A DNA stretch of 64,000 nucleotides from an uncultured virus (IMG/VR IMGVR_UViG_3300020727_000009). Lineage: Duplodnaviria; Heunggongvirae; Uroviricota; Caudoviricetes. Below are positions 25,796 through 35,799 of this stretch, one piece after another. A program made the translations under genes and the position numbers. How positions within the stretch are numbered: the first letter of the stretch is position 1; each line of letters opens with the position of its first letter. Location of the stretch: positions 1-64,000 of the IMG/VR virus record IMGVR_UViG_3300020727_000009; one strand, given 5' to 3'. The notes under the pieces are model-generated. The model was not told where the DNA came from and made no database searches. It was given only the letters and a program-made list of their open reading frames with translations.

Positions 25796-26395
25796 ATGCC
25801 TTTTATTTTAAATGAAGACGCTGCTCTAAAGAGCCTACTGTCTGGGATTACCGTTTCAGATGGCGGCAATACCTCACGCCCTGTAGCTGTCTACTATGGA
25901 CAACCTGATAAGGAACTCCGTCAGCAGTCTTACCCATATATTACTGTGGATCTTGTAGGGATCAGAGAAGATACTTCTCGTGCCCACCGTGGTTACATCC
26001 CAATCAGCTATCTGCCTGATACTGGGGTTACCCTAGACCCAAACACTCAATACAATACTGGATACCCTATCCCAGTAGACCTCATCTACCAGGTAAGCAC
26101 CTGGGCTCGTCAGCCCCGCCATGATCGCCAGATCATCGCATCTTTGCTTTCCTTTGGTAGACTACCCCTTAGATTTGGCCAGCTACACGTACCTCAAGAC
26201 AACACTGTTCGTCGTCTTGATGTATTAGGGTTCTCAAAGAGAGATAGCACTGAGCAGGATAAGCGCCTGTTTAGTAACGTCTTTAATCTTCGCATTAGCG
26301 CAGAGATCTTTGAGAATTCGCTAGACCAAATGTACGAAGTACTACACAACCCACACATCACGTTCACAACTCAGACATCAACCTTTACCTCGTAA
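25796..26395 (+). CDS. Tail terminator-like protein
   Basis: YPYITVDL and PIPVDLIYQVSTW motifs; directly precedes the sheath gene. Confidence 0.7.
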   Translation: MPFILNEDAALKSLLSGITVSDGGNTSRPVAVYYGQPDKELRQQSYPYITVDLVGIREDTSRAHRGYIPISYLPDTGVTLDPNTQYNTGYPIPVDLIYQVSTWARQPRHDRQIIASLLSFGRLPLRFGQLHVPQDNTVRRLDVLGFSKRDSTEQDKRLFSNVFNLRISAEIFENSLDQMYEVLHNPHITFTTQTSTFTS

Positions 26396-26457
26396 ACTAC
26401 CCAGCCTACTATTCCTAACCCTTTCTAACAACCTAATCTCTTAAGGAGAAACCTCAA

Positions 26458-28218
26458 ATGACATACCAACGTCCCGGAGTGTATATCCAAGAAGTCGCAT
26501 TACAGCAAGCTATTACACCAACAGACTTCAGTGCTGCGTGTGGTGCTTTCTCAGGTACCCTACCACAGGGTCCAGTTGTTCCAACACTTTGTGGAACCTG
26601 GCGTGACTTCCAAAATATTTATGGTGGATTAAACAACTCCTACCCAACAACATGGGCTGCGTATCACTACTTCTCAAATGGTGGCCGTAACCTTTATGTA
26701 AACCGTGTTCTAGGAACAGGCGCAACAGCCGGTTCTGCATCGTTTACTGACGGATCTACAACCCTTACAGCAACCGTTACTGCGGCATCTGCTGCAGGCG
26801 GCGTAGTATCCTTCACAACTTCAACTGCTCACGGATTCTCTGTGGGACAGACTGTAAGCATTACTGGTCTTAGCACCACTGCGTTTAACTTGAGCGGTGT
26901 GCTAATTGGAACAGTTCCAACAACCACTAGCTTCACAGTTACAAACGCTGCAACAGGTACAGCAGTAACCGGCGCTTCTGCCACAGCTACTGTAACTCCA
27001 GGCGTTTGCTTTACTTTAACTGCTGATAACGCAGGCGCATGGTCACAGAACTACCAGGTTCAGATTGTTCCTGGCGGAACTTCAAACCGTTTTGGTATCA
27101 CTGTAACTCAGAATGTGACAGTTAACGGAAACACAAGTACCGCTGTTGTAGAGCAGTTTACTGATCTCAGCATGAATGCTTCAGACCCTAACTATATTGC
27201 TTCAATTGTCAATGCTACTTCTGCTACCTTGGGTGTAGTATCAAACATTAACAATGCTAAGTTCCCATACACAGGTGGCGCAGCAGTTACTCTTGCAGGC
27301 GGCACAGACGGTTCAACACCTAACACCGCTGCTTACAAGACAGCATGGACTAACTTTGACAGCGTAGGAAGCTCTTTGGTTCTTTATGCTCCAGATGCTT
27401 CATATGCAAGCACAGCATCAGCTGCTGCTCAAATGCACGCTGATGCAATCAGCTATGCATCTACACGCACAGATGCATTTGCAGTCGTTGATACCCCATC
27501 TGGACTTGGTTCAGCTACAGCTGCTCAGAACCAGATTGTTAACACTGTTGCTGACATTGGCGGTAACTACGGAAACCTTGCAGCCGCATACTGGCCATGG
27601 GTTTACGTCCCAGACGCAACTAAGTCTCAGGGAACTACTTCTCTACAGGCTCCAGGCGGAATGGTTGTAGGACAATACATTGCAACCGATATCCTCCGTG
27701 GACCTCAGAAGACTCCAGCAGGTCTTCAGAACCAGCTCGCAAACGCACTCTCTACAGAGTACCAGTTTACAAATGCTGACCTGAACAGCCTCAACTCATC
27801 TATCAACCCTGTCAACACTATCCGCAACGTCCCAGGTGCAGGTATTGTTATTATGGGTGGTCGTACTCTTACTAATAACCCAGGCAACCGCTATATCAAC
27901 CTACGCCGCTCATTGATTTACATCGAAAAGCAGATCGCACAGCTTTCACAGTTTGCTGTCTTCGAGAACAACGATGCTAATCTTTGGACTCAGCTCAAGT
28001 CTGCTATCGGTGGCTTCTTGCTTACTTATTGGCAGCAAGGTGGTTTGCGTGGAACAAATTCCTCGCAGGCTTACTATGTAATCTGTGACTCTACTATCAA
28101 CTCATTTACTTCCATCCAAAATGGCTATGTAAATATTGAAGTAGGCGTTGCACTCGAATATCCAGCAGAGTTTGTTGTGGTCAAGTTGTCACAACTAACC
28201 GGAAGCGCAACAGCGTAA
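26458..28218 (+). CDS. Contractile tail sheath protein
   Basis: RPGVYIQE, YWPWV, GGRTL, RYINLRR, VFENND and PAEFVV motifs. Confidence 0.97.
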   Translation: MTYQRPGVYIQEVALQQAITPTDFSAACGAFSGTLPQGPVVPTLCGTWRDFQNIYGGLNNSYPTTWAAYHYFSNGGRNLYVNRVLGTGATAGSASFTDGSTTLTATVTAASAAGGVVSFTTSTAHGFSVGQTVSITGLSTTAFNLSGVLIGTVPTTTSFTVTNAATGTAVTGASATATVTPGVCFTLTADNAGAWSQNYQVQIVPGGTSNRFGITVTQNVTVNGNTSTAVVEQFTDLSMNASDPNYIASIVNATSATLGVVSNINNAKFPYTGGAAVTLAGGTDGSTPNTAAYKTAWTNFDSVGSSLVLYAPDASYASTASAAAQMHADAISYASTRTDAFAVVDTPSGLGSATAAQNQIVNTVADIGGNYGNLAAAYWPWVYVPDATKSQGTTSLQAPGGMVVGQYIATDILRGPQKTPAGLQNQLANALSTEYQFTNADLNSLNSSINPVNTIRNVPGAGIVIMGGRTLTNNPGNRYINLRRSLIYIEKQIAQLSQFAVFENNDANLWTQLKSAIGGFLLTYWQQGGLRGTNSSQAYYVICDSTINSFTSIQNGYVNIEVGVALEYPAEFVVVKLSQLTGSATA

Positions 28219-28232
28219 GGAGAATATAGAAA

Positions 28233-28865
28233 ATGACAGCATACTCACTATCTACGGTTCAGACAGATCCAATCCGTAATTTTAAGTTTCTTGTGACATT
28301 TAGCTCACCAGGCGATCCGGCTGGCAAGCTAAGCTCATCAAGTAGCGGAATCTTTGGAACTATGGGATTTGTCTCTGTTTCCGGTCTAAGCATCGCCACA
28401 GAAACAATCGCATACCGTGAAGGTGGCTTCAACACCAACGTTCACCAGATTCCTGGTCAGACCGCATTTACCCCAATCACGCTTACCCGTGGTTCAATGA
28501 TCGGTCAGTCAGGTAGCTGGGATTGGATGTCACGTCTGTTCTCAGTCTTGACCCCAACCCTTACAGCTGGAACAAACGATGTTGGTTCTGAGTTCCGTGT
28601 TGATTTGGACATTCAGGTCCTATCACACCCTAACGTAGGAGCCTCAACAGGTCAGAGTGGAACTCAAGCTGTTCTTGGCGGCTCAACCCAGCACACTTCA
28701 CTTCGTTTCAAGGTATACAATGCCTGGATTACATCACTTGCTTACAGCAACCTTGATGCAGGCTCTAACACACTTATGGTGGAAGAGATGACTTTGGTTC
28801 ATGAAGGCTTTGAAGTATCTTATGCTCCAAGCTTGGCAACCACAGCTCCAGAAATCACTCGCTAA
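28233..28865 (+). CDS. Tail tube protein (T4 gp19-like)
   Basis: DPIRNFKF, SGL, YREGG, ITLTRG, VYNAW and EEMTLVHEG motifs. Confidence 0.95.
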   Translation: MTAYSLSTVQTDPIRNFKFLVTFSSPGDPAGKLSSSSSGIFGTMGFVSVSGLSIATETIAYREGGFNTNVHQIPGQTAFTPITLTRGSMIGQSGSWDWMSRLFSVLTPTLTAGTNDVGSEFRVDLDIQVLSHPNVGASTGQSGTQAVLGGSTQHTSLRFKVYNAWITSLAYSNLDAGSNTLMVEEMTLVHEGFEVSYAPSLATTAPEITR

Positions 28866-28890
28866 ACAATCTAACTAAAGGGTAAACAAA

Positions 28891-29715
28891 ATGGCTACAG
28901 ATACAAAGACTATAAATGCGGAAGCCAATCCTGAGCTAGCTAACAGGCTAGTTCAGGAGGCTTTAAATCAATCGGAACAGGTTGAGGAGAAGAGGCCGTC
29001 TACTAAGATGGCCCCTCCTCCTAACCCAAAAGTTAACCTCATGATTGGAATAGTAGATCCGTTTACCGGAATGACTATAGACTCCGTTGAGGTTAGAGAA
29101 CTTAATGGGGCAGATGAAGAGGCTTTAGCTAGGATCTCAGATCCTGGAAAGTCTCTTATGGAAATTTTAGAACGAGCTACAGTAAAGATCGGTGACGAAG
29201 CGGCCACCCCTGGCTTGCTAGATCAGCTCTATGCTGCTGATAGGGAGCTTATTCTTTTAGAGATTAGAAATAAGACCTTCGGTTCTGTAATCAAGCTTGG
29301 GCCAGGCGCATGCCCAAAATGTGGTGAAGAGCAGGTTTTTGAAATTGATCTTGAGCAAGACGTTCCTTTAAAGAAGCTTGAAAGTCCTTTGGAATTCAGC
29401 ATGACTTGTAAGGCCGGAGAAGTAGTTATCTCCTTGCCTAAGGGTTCTGCTCAAAAAGCCATTGTGGCTTCAACCTCAAAAACTAGTGCTGAGTTGGATA
29501 CAATTCTCCTCAAGCATTGCATTATCTCTATTAATGGCAGGCCGGTACTTACCACAGATGAGGTAAGGAACCTTAGCCTAAAAGATCGTAGAGAAATTTT
29601 AGAACAGATATCAGACCGCAACCCAGGCCCACAACTCGACAAACTAACTAAGGAATGTACCTCTTGTAATCAGGAGGTAAAGCTGCCACTAACCCTGGCG
29701 GATATCTTTCGGTGA
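28891..29715 (+). CDS. Tail assembly chaperone (T4 gp26-like), Zn-binding
   Basis: VRELNGADEE, DR..ILLEIR..TFG, two CxxC motifs; lies between tube and tape measure. Confidence 0.8.
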   Translation: MATDTKTINAEANPELANRLVQEALNQSEQVEEKRPSTKMAPPPNPKVNLMIGIVDPFTGMTIDSVEVRELNGADEEALARISDPGKSLMEILERATVKIGDEAATPGLLDQLYAADRELILLEIRNKTFGSVIKLGPGACPKCGEEQVFEIDLEQDVPLKKLESPLEFSMTCKAGEVVISLPKGSAQKAIVASTSKTSAELDTILLKHCIISINGRPVLTTDEVRNLSLKDRREILEQISDRNPGPQLDKLTKECTSCNQEVKLPLTLADIFR

Positions 29716-29716
29716 A

Positions 29717-29857
29717 ATGGACTATGAGTCCCTCATGGATGTCTATGAAGCTTTATCGCTTCAATATCCAGGATGGACTTACAACGAGATTCGTACCCTT
29801 TCTTTTAGGGAACGAATAAACTGGATAAATAAAGCTATTGATCGTATAAGGCGGTGA
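29717..29857 (+). CDS. Small tail chaperone extension (46 aa; not in ORF track), probably reached by +1 frameshift
   Basis: MDYESLMDVYEALSLQYPGWTYNEIRTLSFRERINWINKAIDRIRR; GW...EI..L...ER..W motif. Confidence 0.8.
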   Translation: MDYESLMDVYEALSLQYPGWTYNEIRTLSFRERINWINKAIDRIRR

Positions 29858-29860
29858 TGT

Positions 29861-32740
29861 ATGAACCTGTTTAGCCCAGAAGATCAAGAGGGCGGTCTTG
29901 GCGACTTTGCTATTAAAGAAAAGCAATATGAGGAGTTTGAAGACTCTTTCCTAAAGCTATTTGAAAAAGTAGAGACTATTGCTGAAAAGATTGCTTCCCT
30001 CATGGGCAAAGCAGGCGAAGACGCAAAGAAGGTTGCCAACTCCATTAACGATAATGGCGGCGGCGGTAGCAAACTTGGCTTAGGATCTTTTGCTAAGTCT
30101 GCAGCCAGTGCGTTAGGTATGGGCGTTGTTACAGGCGGTGCTGCGTTGATGCAGGCCGCACCAAGTGTGGGCTCAGCTGTCACCCAGTATATGGGTGCAG
30201 CTACCTATGCCGGTTACTCAGGCATGAGTGTTAACCAAGCAATTGCTATGGCTAACAAGCAGGCAGGCGGCGGAGCCACAAGTGCTATGAGCCCAGTTAT
30301 GGCTCAAGCTGCCCTTGCCTCCCAAGGTTATGCGGCCAACACAGCAACCTCTCAAAGAATTATGGGTCAGGTCGGTGGCTTAAGTGCCATGACCGGAATG
30401 AGCAACGAGCAAGCTGCTGGCGCTTTTGCCGGCATTAACGGCATGAATATGATTCGTGGCGGTATTAAGCGTAGCGATATCCGTGATGCTAACGGTGATT
30501 TGCAAAACCCAACAACGATTATCAATGCTATCTATAACCGTTTGGGTAAGCACGTAAAGAACGCCAGCGATGCTATGGGCACCTTTATGAACCAGAACTC
30601 TACCGGCTATGAAAGCTTAAGCGCTTTGGCAGGCGGCAATCAGCAACTCATGTCAGTGTTGCAAGATGCTATGGTTCTTCGTGCTAAAAAGGGCTCAAAT
30701 TTAGCAGCATCAGATCTTAGCAATGTTAATACCACCCTAGGTATTATGGGTGGAATGGGCAAAGACAATCCTTTTGCCGCTAACTTTAGAAATAACTCAG
30801 CTCAGAATAAACTTCTTGGAGCTACCCAAGAGGGGTTAGTATCTGGATACGATACTGCAACTAACGCTTCTGCTGCCGTTACTGAAGGCCTTACAAAGAT
30901 GGCCGAAAAGTTCCCAGGTGTTACAGAGGGCTTAATGAAGCTTAAGGGAATACTTGAGACATTCCCACAAGCAAGCGGACCTGCAAGTGTTCTTTCACAA
31001 CTTGGCGGCGGTCTTTTGGGTGGAGGCGTAAATGCCGTAAATAATAAGCTGCTTATGAAGTCCATAGAAAAGATGTTTGGTAAGGAATCCAAGGTCTTAG
31101 AAGAGGACGTAGCAAAATCTGCAGCAAAGACTGCTGAAAAGAGCGTACTTAAAGCAGCAGCACCATCTCTATTTGGCAGATTGTTTGGTGGAGTTAAGAA
31201 TGTTCTTAAGAATCCTGGCGACATTTTTAAGCTGGGCGCTACAGCTGTTGAAGAAGCGGGCATTGCTGGAGAAGAAGTATTTAGTGGCGGAGCTGCTACT
31301 CCAGCTGTTGTTGCTGAAGAAGCGGGTGTTGCGGCTCAAGACGCCTCTATTGCAAAAGACTTTGCTGTGGGTGCTGCTCACGGTGGTTCTTCAGATCACG
31401 GTAACTTAGGTACTGGAAGTAAGAAGAGTTTACTAACCCCTACTAAGTACACCTTGCCTGTAGCAAAATCTACCCCAATTACTTCTCCTTATGGAATGAG
31501 ACCAACACCTTCTGTTCCTGGTAAGCGTGGCGGTGGCCGCAGTATGCACAGCGGTATTGACTTTGGCGTAAGCGAAGGAAGTCCCGTATATGCTATTAGA
31601 GATGGCGTGGTTGCTACTGTTGGTCAAGGTGGAGGTTGGGGTAATTATGTAGTTATTGACCACGGAGATCATTCATCTCGCTATGCTCACTTGTCTGCTA
31701 TTGTGGTTACAAGAAAGCAAAAAGTAAAAGCCGGTCAAATTATTGGTCGTTCTGGAGGTAAGCCAGGAACTCCTGGAGCTGGAGACTCTACAGGTCCACA
31801 CCTTCACTTAGAAGTTATGAATAGCAAGGGCGTTAGGGTTGATCCAAAGCCTTTCTTAACTGGCGCAAGTACGTCTCAAGCAACTATACCTCTAGGTACA
31901 TCTGTAGGATCACATCAGGCAGCACAAGCTGGATCTAATGGTTTTTCTAACTTCCTAAATACTGATGGGACCTCTAATCTTGGTCAATACGCATCTACAG
32001 ATATTTCGTCTCTATTAAGCAACTCAATTACTGGTAAGGCAATGACATACTCTGATCTTGTTACGAAGGTCGGAGCAAGCAAGGCTGCAGATATTATGGC
32101 CGGTATTTCTGGACCACAGGTGGATGAAAAGATGATTCCTGGTGGTAAAGATGGGTTAATGAGAACCCTTAGTGCTAAAGGATTCTCGGGTAAAGCTTTG
32201 CAAACAGCTTTTGCTATTACTTTAGCAGAGTCTAGTGGACGTCCTGGAGCAGTAGGCGATGTAGAGTTGCAAGATGCTAAGTGGGGTCCAAGCTATGGTT
32301 TATTCCAGGTTCGTTCTCTTAAAGATTGGAAGGCATATAGCGAACCTTATAGAGACGGCTCTCGCCTTCGTAACCCTAGCTTTAACGCTGCTGCTGGATA
32401 TACCATTAGTAGCAAAGGACGTAACTTTAATCCTTGGTCTACCTACACAAGCGGTTCTTTTGTCAAGTACCTTAAAGAAGCTCAGACTGCTGCCCACGAT
32501 ATTGGACAAGGTGGAGGCCCAGAAGGTTTAGGCATTAGCACTACTCCGGATGCACCATCTGTGCACTCCTCGTCAGGAAGTAGCGCAACGTTTAACGCAA
32601 GGTCTAATGTTACAATTAAGCTGGATATGAGTGTTCATATCGCTCAAGGAAGCATTGAAGAAACTGAAAGGTTAGTTAGAGCCGTGTCACAGAGATTAAC
32701 TTCTAAGGGAGTTCTAGATAAGATTGCGAGCGCCCTCTAA
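29861..32740 (+). CDS. Tape measure protein with M23 peptidase and lysozyme-like domains
   Basis: Ala/Gly-rich helical N-half; HSGID, YAHLS and GPHLHLE (M23); AESSG...SYGLFQV...NPWSTY (SLT-like). Confidence 0.9.
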   Translation: MNLFSPEDQEGGLGDFAIKEKQYEEFEDSFLKLFEKVETIAEKIASLMGKAGEDAKKVANSINDNGGGGSKLGLGSFAKSAASALGMGVVTGGAALMQAAPSVGSAVTQYMGAATYAGYSGMSVNQAIAMANKQAGGGATSAMSPVMAQAALASQGYAANTATSQRIMGQVGGLSAMTGMSNEQAAGAFAGINGMNMIRGGIKRSDIRDANGDLQNPTTIINAIYNRLGKHVKNASDAMGTFMNQNSTGYESLSALAGGNQQLMSVLQDAMVLRAKKGSNLAASDLSNVNTTLGIMGGMGKDNPFAANFRNNSAQNKLLGATQEGLVSGYDTATNASAAVTEGLTKMAEKFPGVTEGLMKLKGILETFPQASGPASVLSQLGGGLLGGGVNAVNNKLLMKSIEKMFGKESKVLEEDVAKSAAKTAEKSVLKAAAPSLFGRLFGGVKNVLKNPGDIFKLGATAVEEAGIAGEEVFSGGAATPAVVAEEAGVAAQDASIAKDFAVGAAHGGSSDHGNLGTGSKKSLLTPTKYTLPVAKSTPITSPYGMRPTPSVPGKRGGGRSMHSGIDFGVSEGSPVYAIRDGVVATVGQGGGWGNYVVIDHGDHSSRYAHLSAIVVTRKQKVKAGQIIGRSGGKPGTPGAGDSTGPHLHLEVMNSKGVRVDPKPFLTGASTSQATIPLGTSVGSHQAAQAGSNGFSNFLNTDGTSNLGQYASTDISSLLSNSITGKAMTYSDLVTKVGASKAADIMAGISGPQVDEKMIPGGKDGLMRTLSAKGFSGKALQTAFAITLAESSGRPGAVGDVELQDAKWGPSYGLFQVRSLKDWKAYSEPYRDGSRLRNPSFNAAAGYTISSKGRNFNPWSTYTSGSFVKYLKEAQTAAHDIGQGGGPEGLGISTTPDAPSVHSSSGSSATFNARSNVTIKLDMSVHIAQGSIEETERLVRAVSQRLTSKGVLDKIASAL

Positions 32741-34644
32741 TGCCTACACCTACCTACCAGTATTTTTACACTATAGAAGCTTGGATGAACTGGAGCTATA
32801 TAGATATTAATCTTGATCAACCTACTGCAGACAATACTACTCATGCTGGCGTATATACCACTGCTTTAAATAACTTGACAGATTTGGCAACACAACCTCC
32901 ATCATTTTATTGCTTGTATAGAGAATCTAGCACAAAAGCTACAAGTAAAACTGCGCCTGCTGCTACAACCTTTACTCTTCCTATTGGATATCAAGTCCAG
33001 TATAGAATTAGATTCTATCAACTATTTGGTGGTACATACTACTGGTTGACAAATAGCTACGTTACTGTGCACAATGCCACAAGCGTATCTGGATTTACCC
33101 TGGGTAAAGTCAACACCGACCACAACGCTTTTGCTGCCGGACCTAATATCTCACATCAAGGCGTTGGGGATACTTTTTGGTTTACTATTAGCCCTAAAGC
33201 ATATGTGGCCAGCTCAACTACCCCATTTACTTTAAGCGGAACTATCAATGCTAATGGTTTAAATGGCGATAACGTCACCTACTCTATTTCATCATCAAAC
33301 GTGGCATTGTTAAACGTTAACCCTACAGTTTTAGGTACCCCTATTCCAAAAGGTCAGAAGGTTCCAGTAACCCCGCATGTTCCTCAATCATTTTTAGATG
33401 TTATTAGCTCTACGCCTTCGGGATATACCTCCCCAATTCCAGGAGACTATGTATGGGATTACTGCAACCAGAAATGGCACGGAGTATATAAAGCTCCAAA
33501 TAACAACTTAGCTGGCGTAAAAACAGTTGTCTATCAAGAATACGAGTGCACAGTAAGTGGTAAGCCTACAAAGGTAGGCGGACTTATTACCGACAAAGAC
33601 GGTAGTAAATATAAAGCACTTGTAACAGGATTCCTTAACTACACCAGAGCAAATTGCGCAGATCCGCACAATCAAGTTGGTCCAAAACCTCCTGGTGGAG
33701 GCGGAGGTAGCGGAGGCGGGGGTACAACCCCACCACCTGCTGGCGGAGATAATAAAAACGTTGCAGTTACCTATAATCCCCCATCAGGAGATGTTAGGTG
33801 GAACCCTCCTCCTCATAAGTTTGCTAGAGATACTCAGTATGCCCAAAGAGTTGCTAACAACAATGGCTGGACTGTAAACAACCCTAATGCATTAGCAGGT
33901 CTTTTTGATTCTGGGACTTCTTTTGAAAGGGGCCGACTATTCCAAGATAGTAACGGCGCTCAAATTTTAAACAAGATTAGCCCAGGTAAGGGTAAGACTT
34001 TAGGTACCGTAAATCAATGGGGCTTTAGGTTTATGTATAACCCTACAAGCTTTATGTATCAAACTTCTACCCTTAACAATATTGACTGGACTATGGGACC
34101 AAAAAATTCTGCAGCGTTGCTTGCTGGAAACTCCCAGGTTAGCTTTGAGATCTATATTAACCGTATCCCTGATATGCGTTACTTGCTTAACTACAACCCA
34201 GCTAATGATCTTTCTGAGTCTGCAGTTTACGGAAGAGAGCTTAGGACAGAAGAGCGTTCAGGTTTAGCGTATAGAGGTACTGAATACGATATTGAGTTCT
34301 TATATAGAGTACTTAATGGGGACCCAGACTCTAACCCTTTACTGTTTAACTCAAACTATGGCGGAGATAGCTCAGACTTTGGTTACACTACGGCTGTGCC
34401 TTGTTGGCTATGGCTTAACGACAATATGCGATACTACGGATCTATGGCAAGCTTTAGTGTTAACCACGTAATCTTTGATGCCAGAATGGTGCCTATTCTA
34501 AGCGTTGTAAGTATTACGTTCTCTAGAATCCCTGCTCTCGGCTTTGATGTGGCAAAAAATGCATATACAAAAGGAACAAAGGCTGCAAACGTTAAGGCTG
34601 CTCAAGACGCTGCTAATGGAGTTGCTACTGGAGTTTCATCATGA
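32740..34644 (+). CDS. Baseplate / tube-initiator-like protein with large N-terminal extension
   Basis: Position; FRFMYNPTS and FDARMVP motifs; Pro/Gly linker. Confidence 0.6.
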   Translation: MPTPTYQYFYTIEAWMNWSYIDINLDQPTADNTTHAGVYTTALNNLTDLATQPPSFYCLYRESSTKATSKTAPAATTFTLPIGYQVQYRIRFYQLFGGTYYWLTNSYVTVHNATSVSGFTLGKVNTDHNAFAAGPNISHQGVGDTFWFTISPKAYVASSTTPFTLSGTINANGLNGDNVTYSISSSNVALLNVNPTVLGTPIPKGQKVPVTPHVPQSFLDVISSTPSGYTSPIPGDYVWDYCNQKWHGVYKAPNNNLAGVKTVVYQEYECTVSGKPTKVGGLITDKDGSKYKALVTGFLNYTRANCADPHNQVGPKPPGGGGGSGGGGTTPPPAGGDNKNVAVTYNPPSGDVRWNPPPHKFARDTQYAQRVANNNGWTVNNPNALAGLFDSGTSFERGRLFQDSNGAQILNKISPGKGKTLGTVNQWGFRFMYNPTSFMYQTSTLNNIDWTMGPKNSAALLAGNSQVSFEIYINRIPDMRYLLNYNPANDLSESAVYGRELRTEERSGLAYRGTEYDIEFLYRVLNGDPDSNPLLFNSNYGGDSSDFGYTTAVPCWLWLNDNMRYYGSMASFSVNHVIFDARMVPILSVVSITFSRIPALGFDVAKNAYTKGTKAANVKAAQDAANGVATGVSS

Positions 34645-34922
34645 TAGAAAGAATCTCACGTTATTACGACGGTCCTTTGGCCCAAACACCTAATAAGTAT
34701 ACTGGGGACTATGAAATCTCTGTATTTAGAAGCTGGCCCGGTGCTCAAGCTATTAGTTACGTTAACTATACTTGGAGAGAAGGAGATAGCTTAGCAGCAC
34801 TAGCGCATGCTTATGGCTTAGGTGCAAACTTTTGGTGGGAAATTATGGACATCAATCCAGAGATATTGAACCCATTTCATATATCTCCTGGAACTGTTCT
34901 AAGGGTTCCTTATGGCAGCTGA
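34641..34922 (+). CDS. LysM-like / tail X baseplate protein
   Basis: YTWREGDSLAALA...WWEIMDINP...PGTVLRVP. Confidence 0.85.
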   Translation: MIERISRYYDGPLAQTPNKYTGDYEISVFRSWPGAQAISYVNYTWREGDSLAALAHAYGLGANFWWEIMDINPEILNPFHISPGTVLRVPYGS

Positions 34923-35799
34923 TTACTCTAGCTCACCTGCGCTTCAGTCTTTTGTATGGAGAGCTGAAAGCTACAAGGCTTCTTTTACTGTGTCTTTTCC
35001 AAAAGCCCCTGACATGGATCTATTTTTATTGGGAGCTGAACTTCATCAAGGCATAGAGCAGCATGACCGTTTAGTGCTGCACTTTAAAGGAAACCCTTTT
35101 CTAAAAAGAGCGGCTATTGTCTCAGGAGATCCAGTTATCTTTACCATTGTTTCCGGTAAGAAGAAGACTACATGGAACGGGTATGTAAACCACATAGACC
35201 AAACAAATACGTACCAAGGTGGAAATACAGACATGGTATGTGTAGGAGCTACCTGGGTGTTAAAAGATACGGACCAAAAGGTATACAAGAATGTAACAGC
35301 CGACCAGGTTGTAACACAGGTGTGCCAACGTTTTGGATTTGAAGCTGTAACCCAGCGTCACCCACGTCAACGTTCTGCCATCGTACATTCGGGAGAAAGC
35401 TTTTGGCAACTGCTTCGCCGCCTAGCAAAGCAGACCGGCTTTACTTTGTTATCTGAAAATACAACTATCTACTTTGTATCTAAGGATAAGATCTATCAGA
35501 GCAAGAAGAACTCTGCCCCTTACTTTAAGTATCTTAATGATGAAAATGCTGGAGCAATCCCTAGAGAAAGAAAAGTTCTTGGGGACATCCTATCCTTCCA
35601 CCCTATTATCTCAGACCAGGCTCCTGAAGCAGGTGTTAGGGTAGACCGTGTTATTGCTGGAACAAACCATCAAACAAGTGCGATATTGAATAGCACGCAC
35701 AAATACAAAGCCCCTAATACAAGTACGTCTGGCGTGGTCATCCCTAATCCGCAGTACTTTAAGTCGCCGTCCTTTGGTTCTCCTACAGGTGCGCCATGA
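34912..35799 (+). CDS. Baseplate hub (gpD/gp27-like), N-terminal part
   Basis: YKNVTADQVV and GESFWQLLRRLAKQTGF motifs. Confidence 0.8.
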   Translation: MAADYSSSPALQSFVWRAESYKASFTVSFPKAPDMDLFLLGAELHQGIEQHDRLVLHFKGNPFLKRAAIVSGDPVIFTIVSGKKKTTWNGYVNHIDQTNTYQGGNTDMVCVGATWVLKDTDQKVYKNVTADQVVTQVCQRFGFEAVTQRHPRQRSAIVHSGESFWQLLRRLAKQTGFTLLSENTTIYFVSKDKIYQSKKNSAPYFKYLNDENAGAIPRERKVLGDILSFHPIISDQAPEAGVRVDRVIAGTNHQTSAILNSTHKYKAPNTSTSGVVIPNPQYFKSPSFGSPTGAP

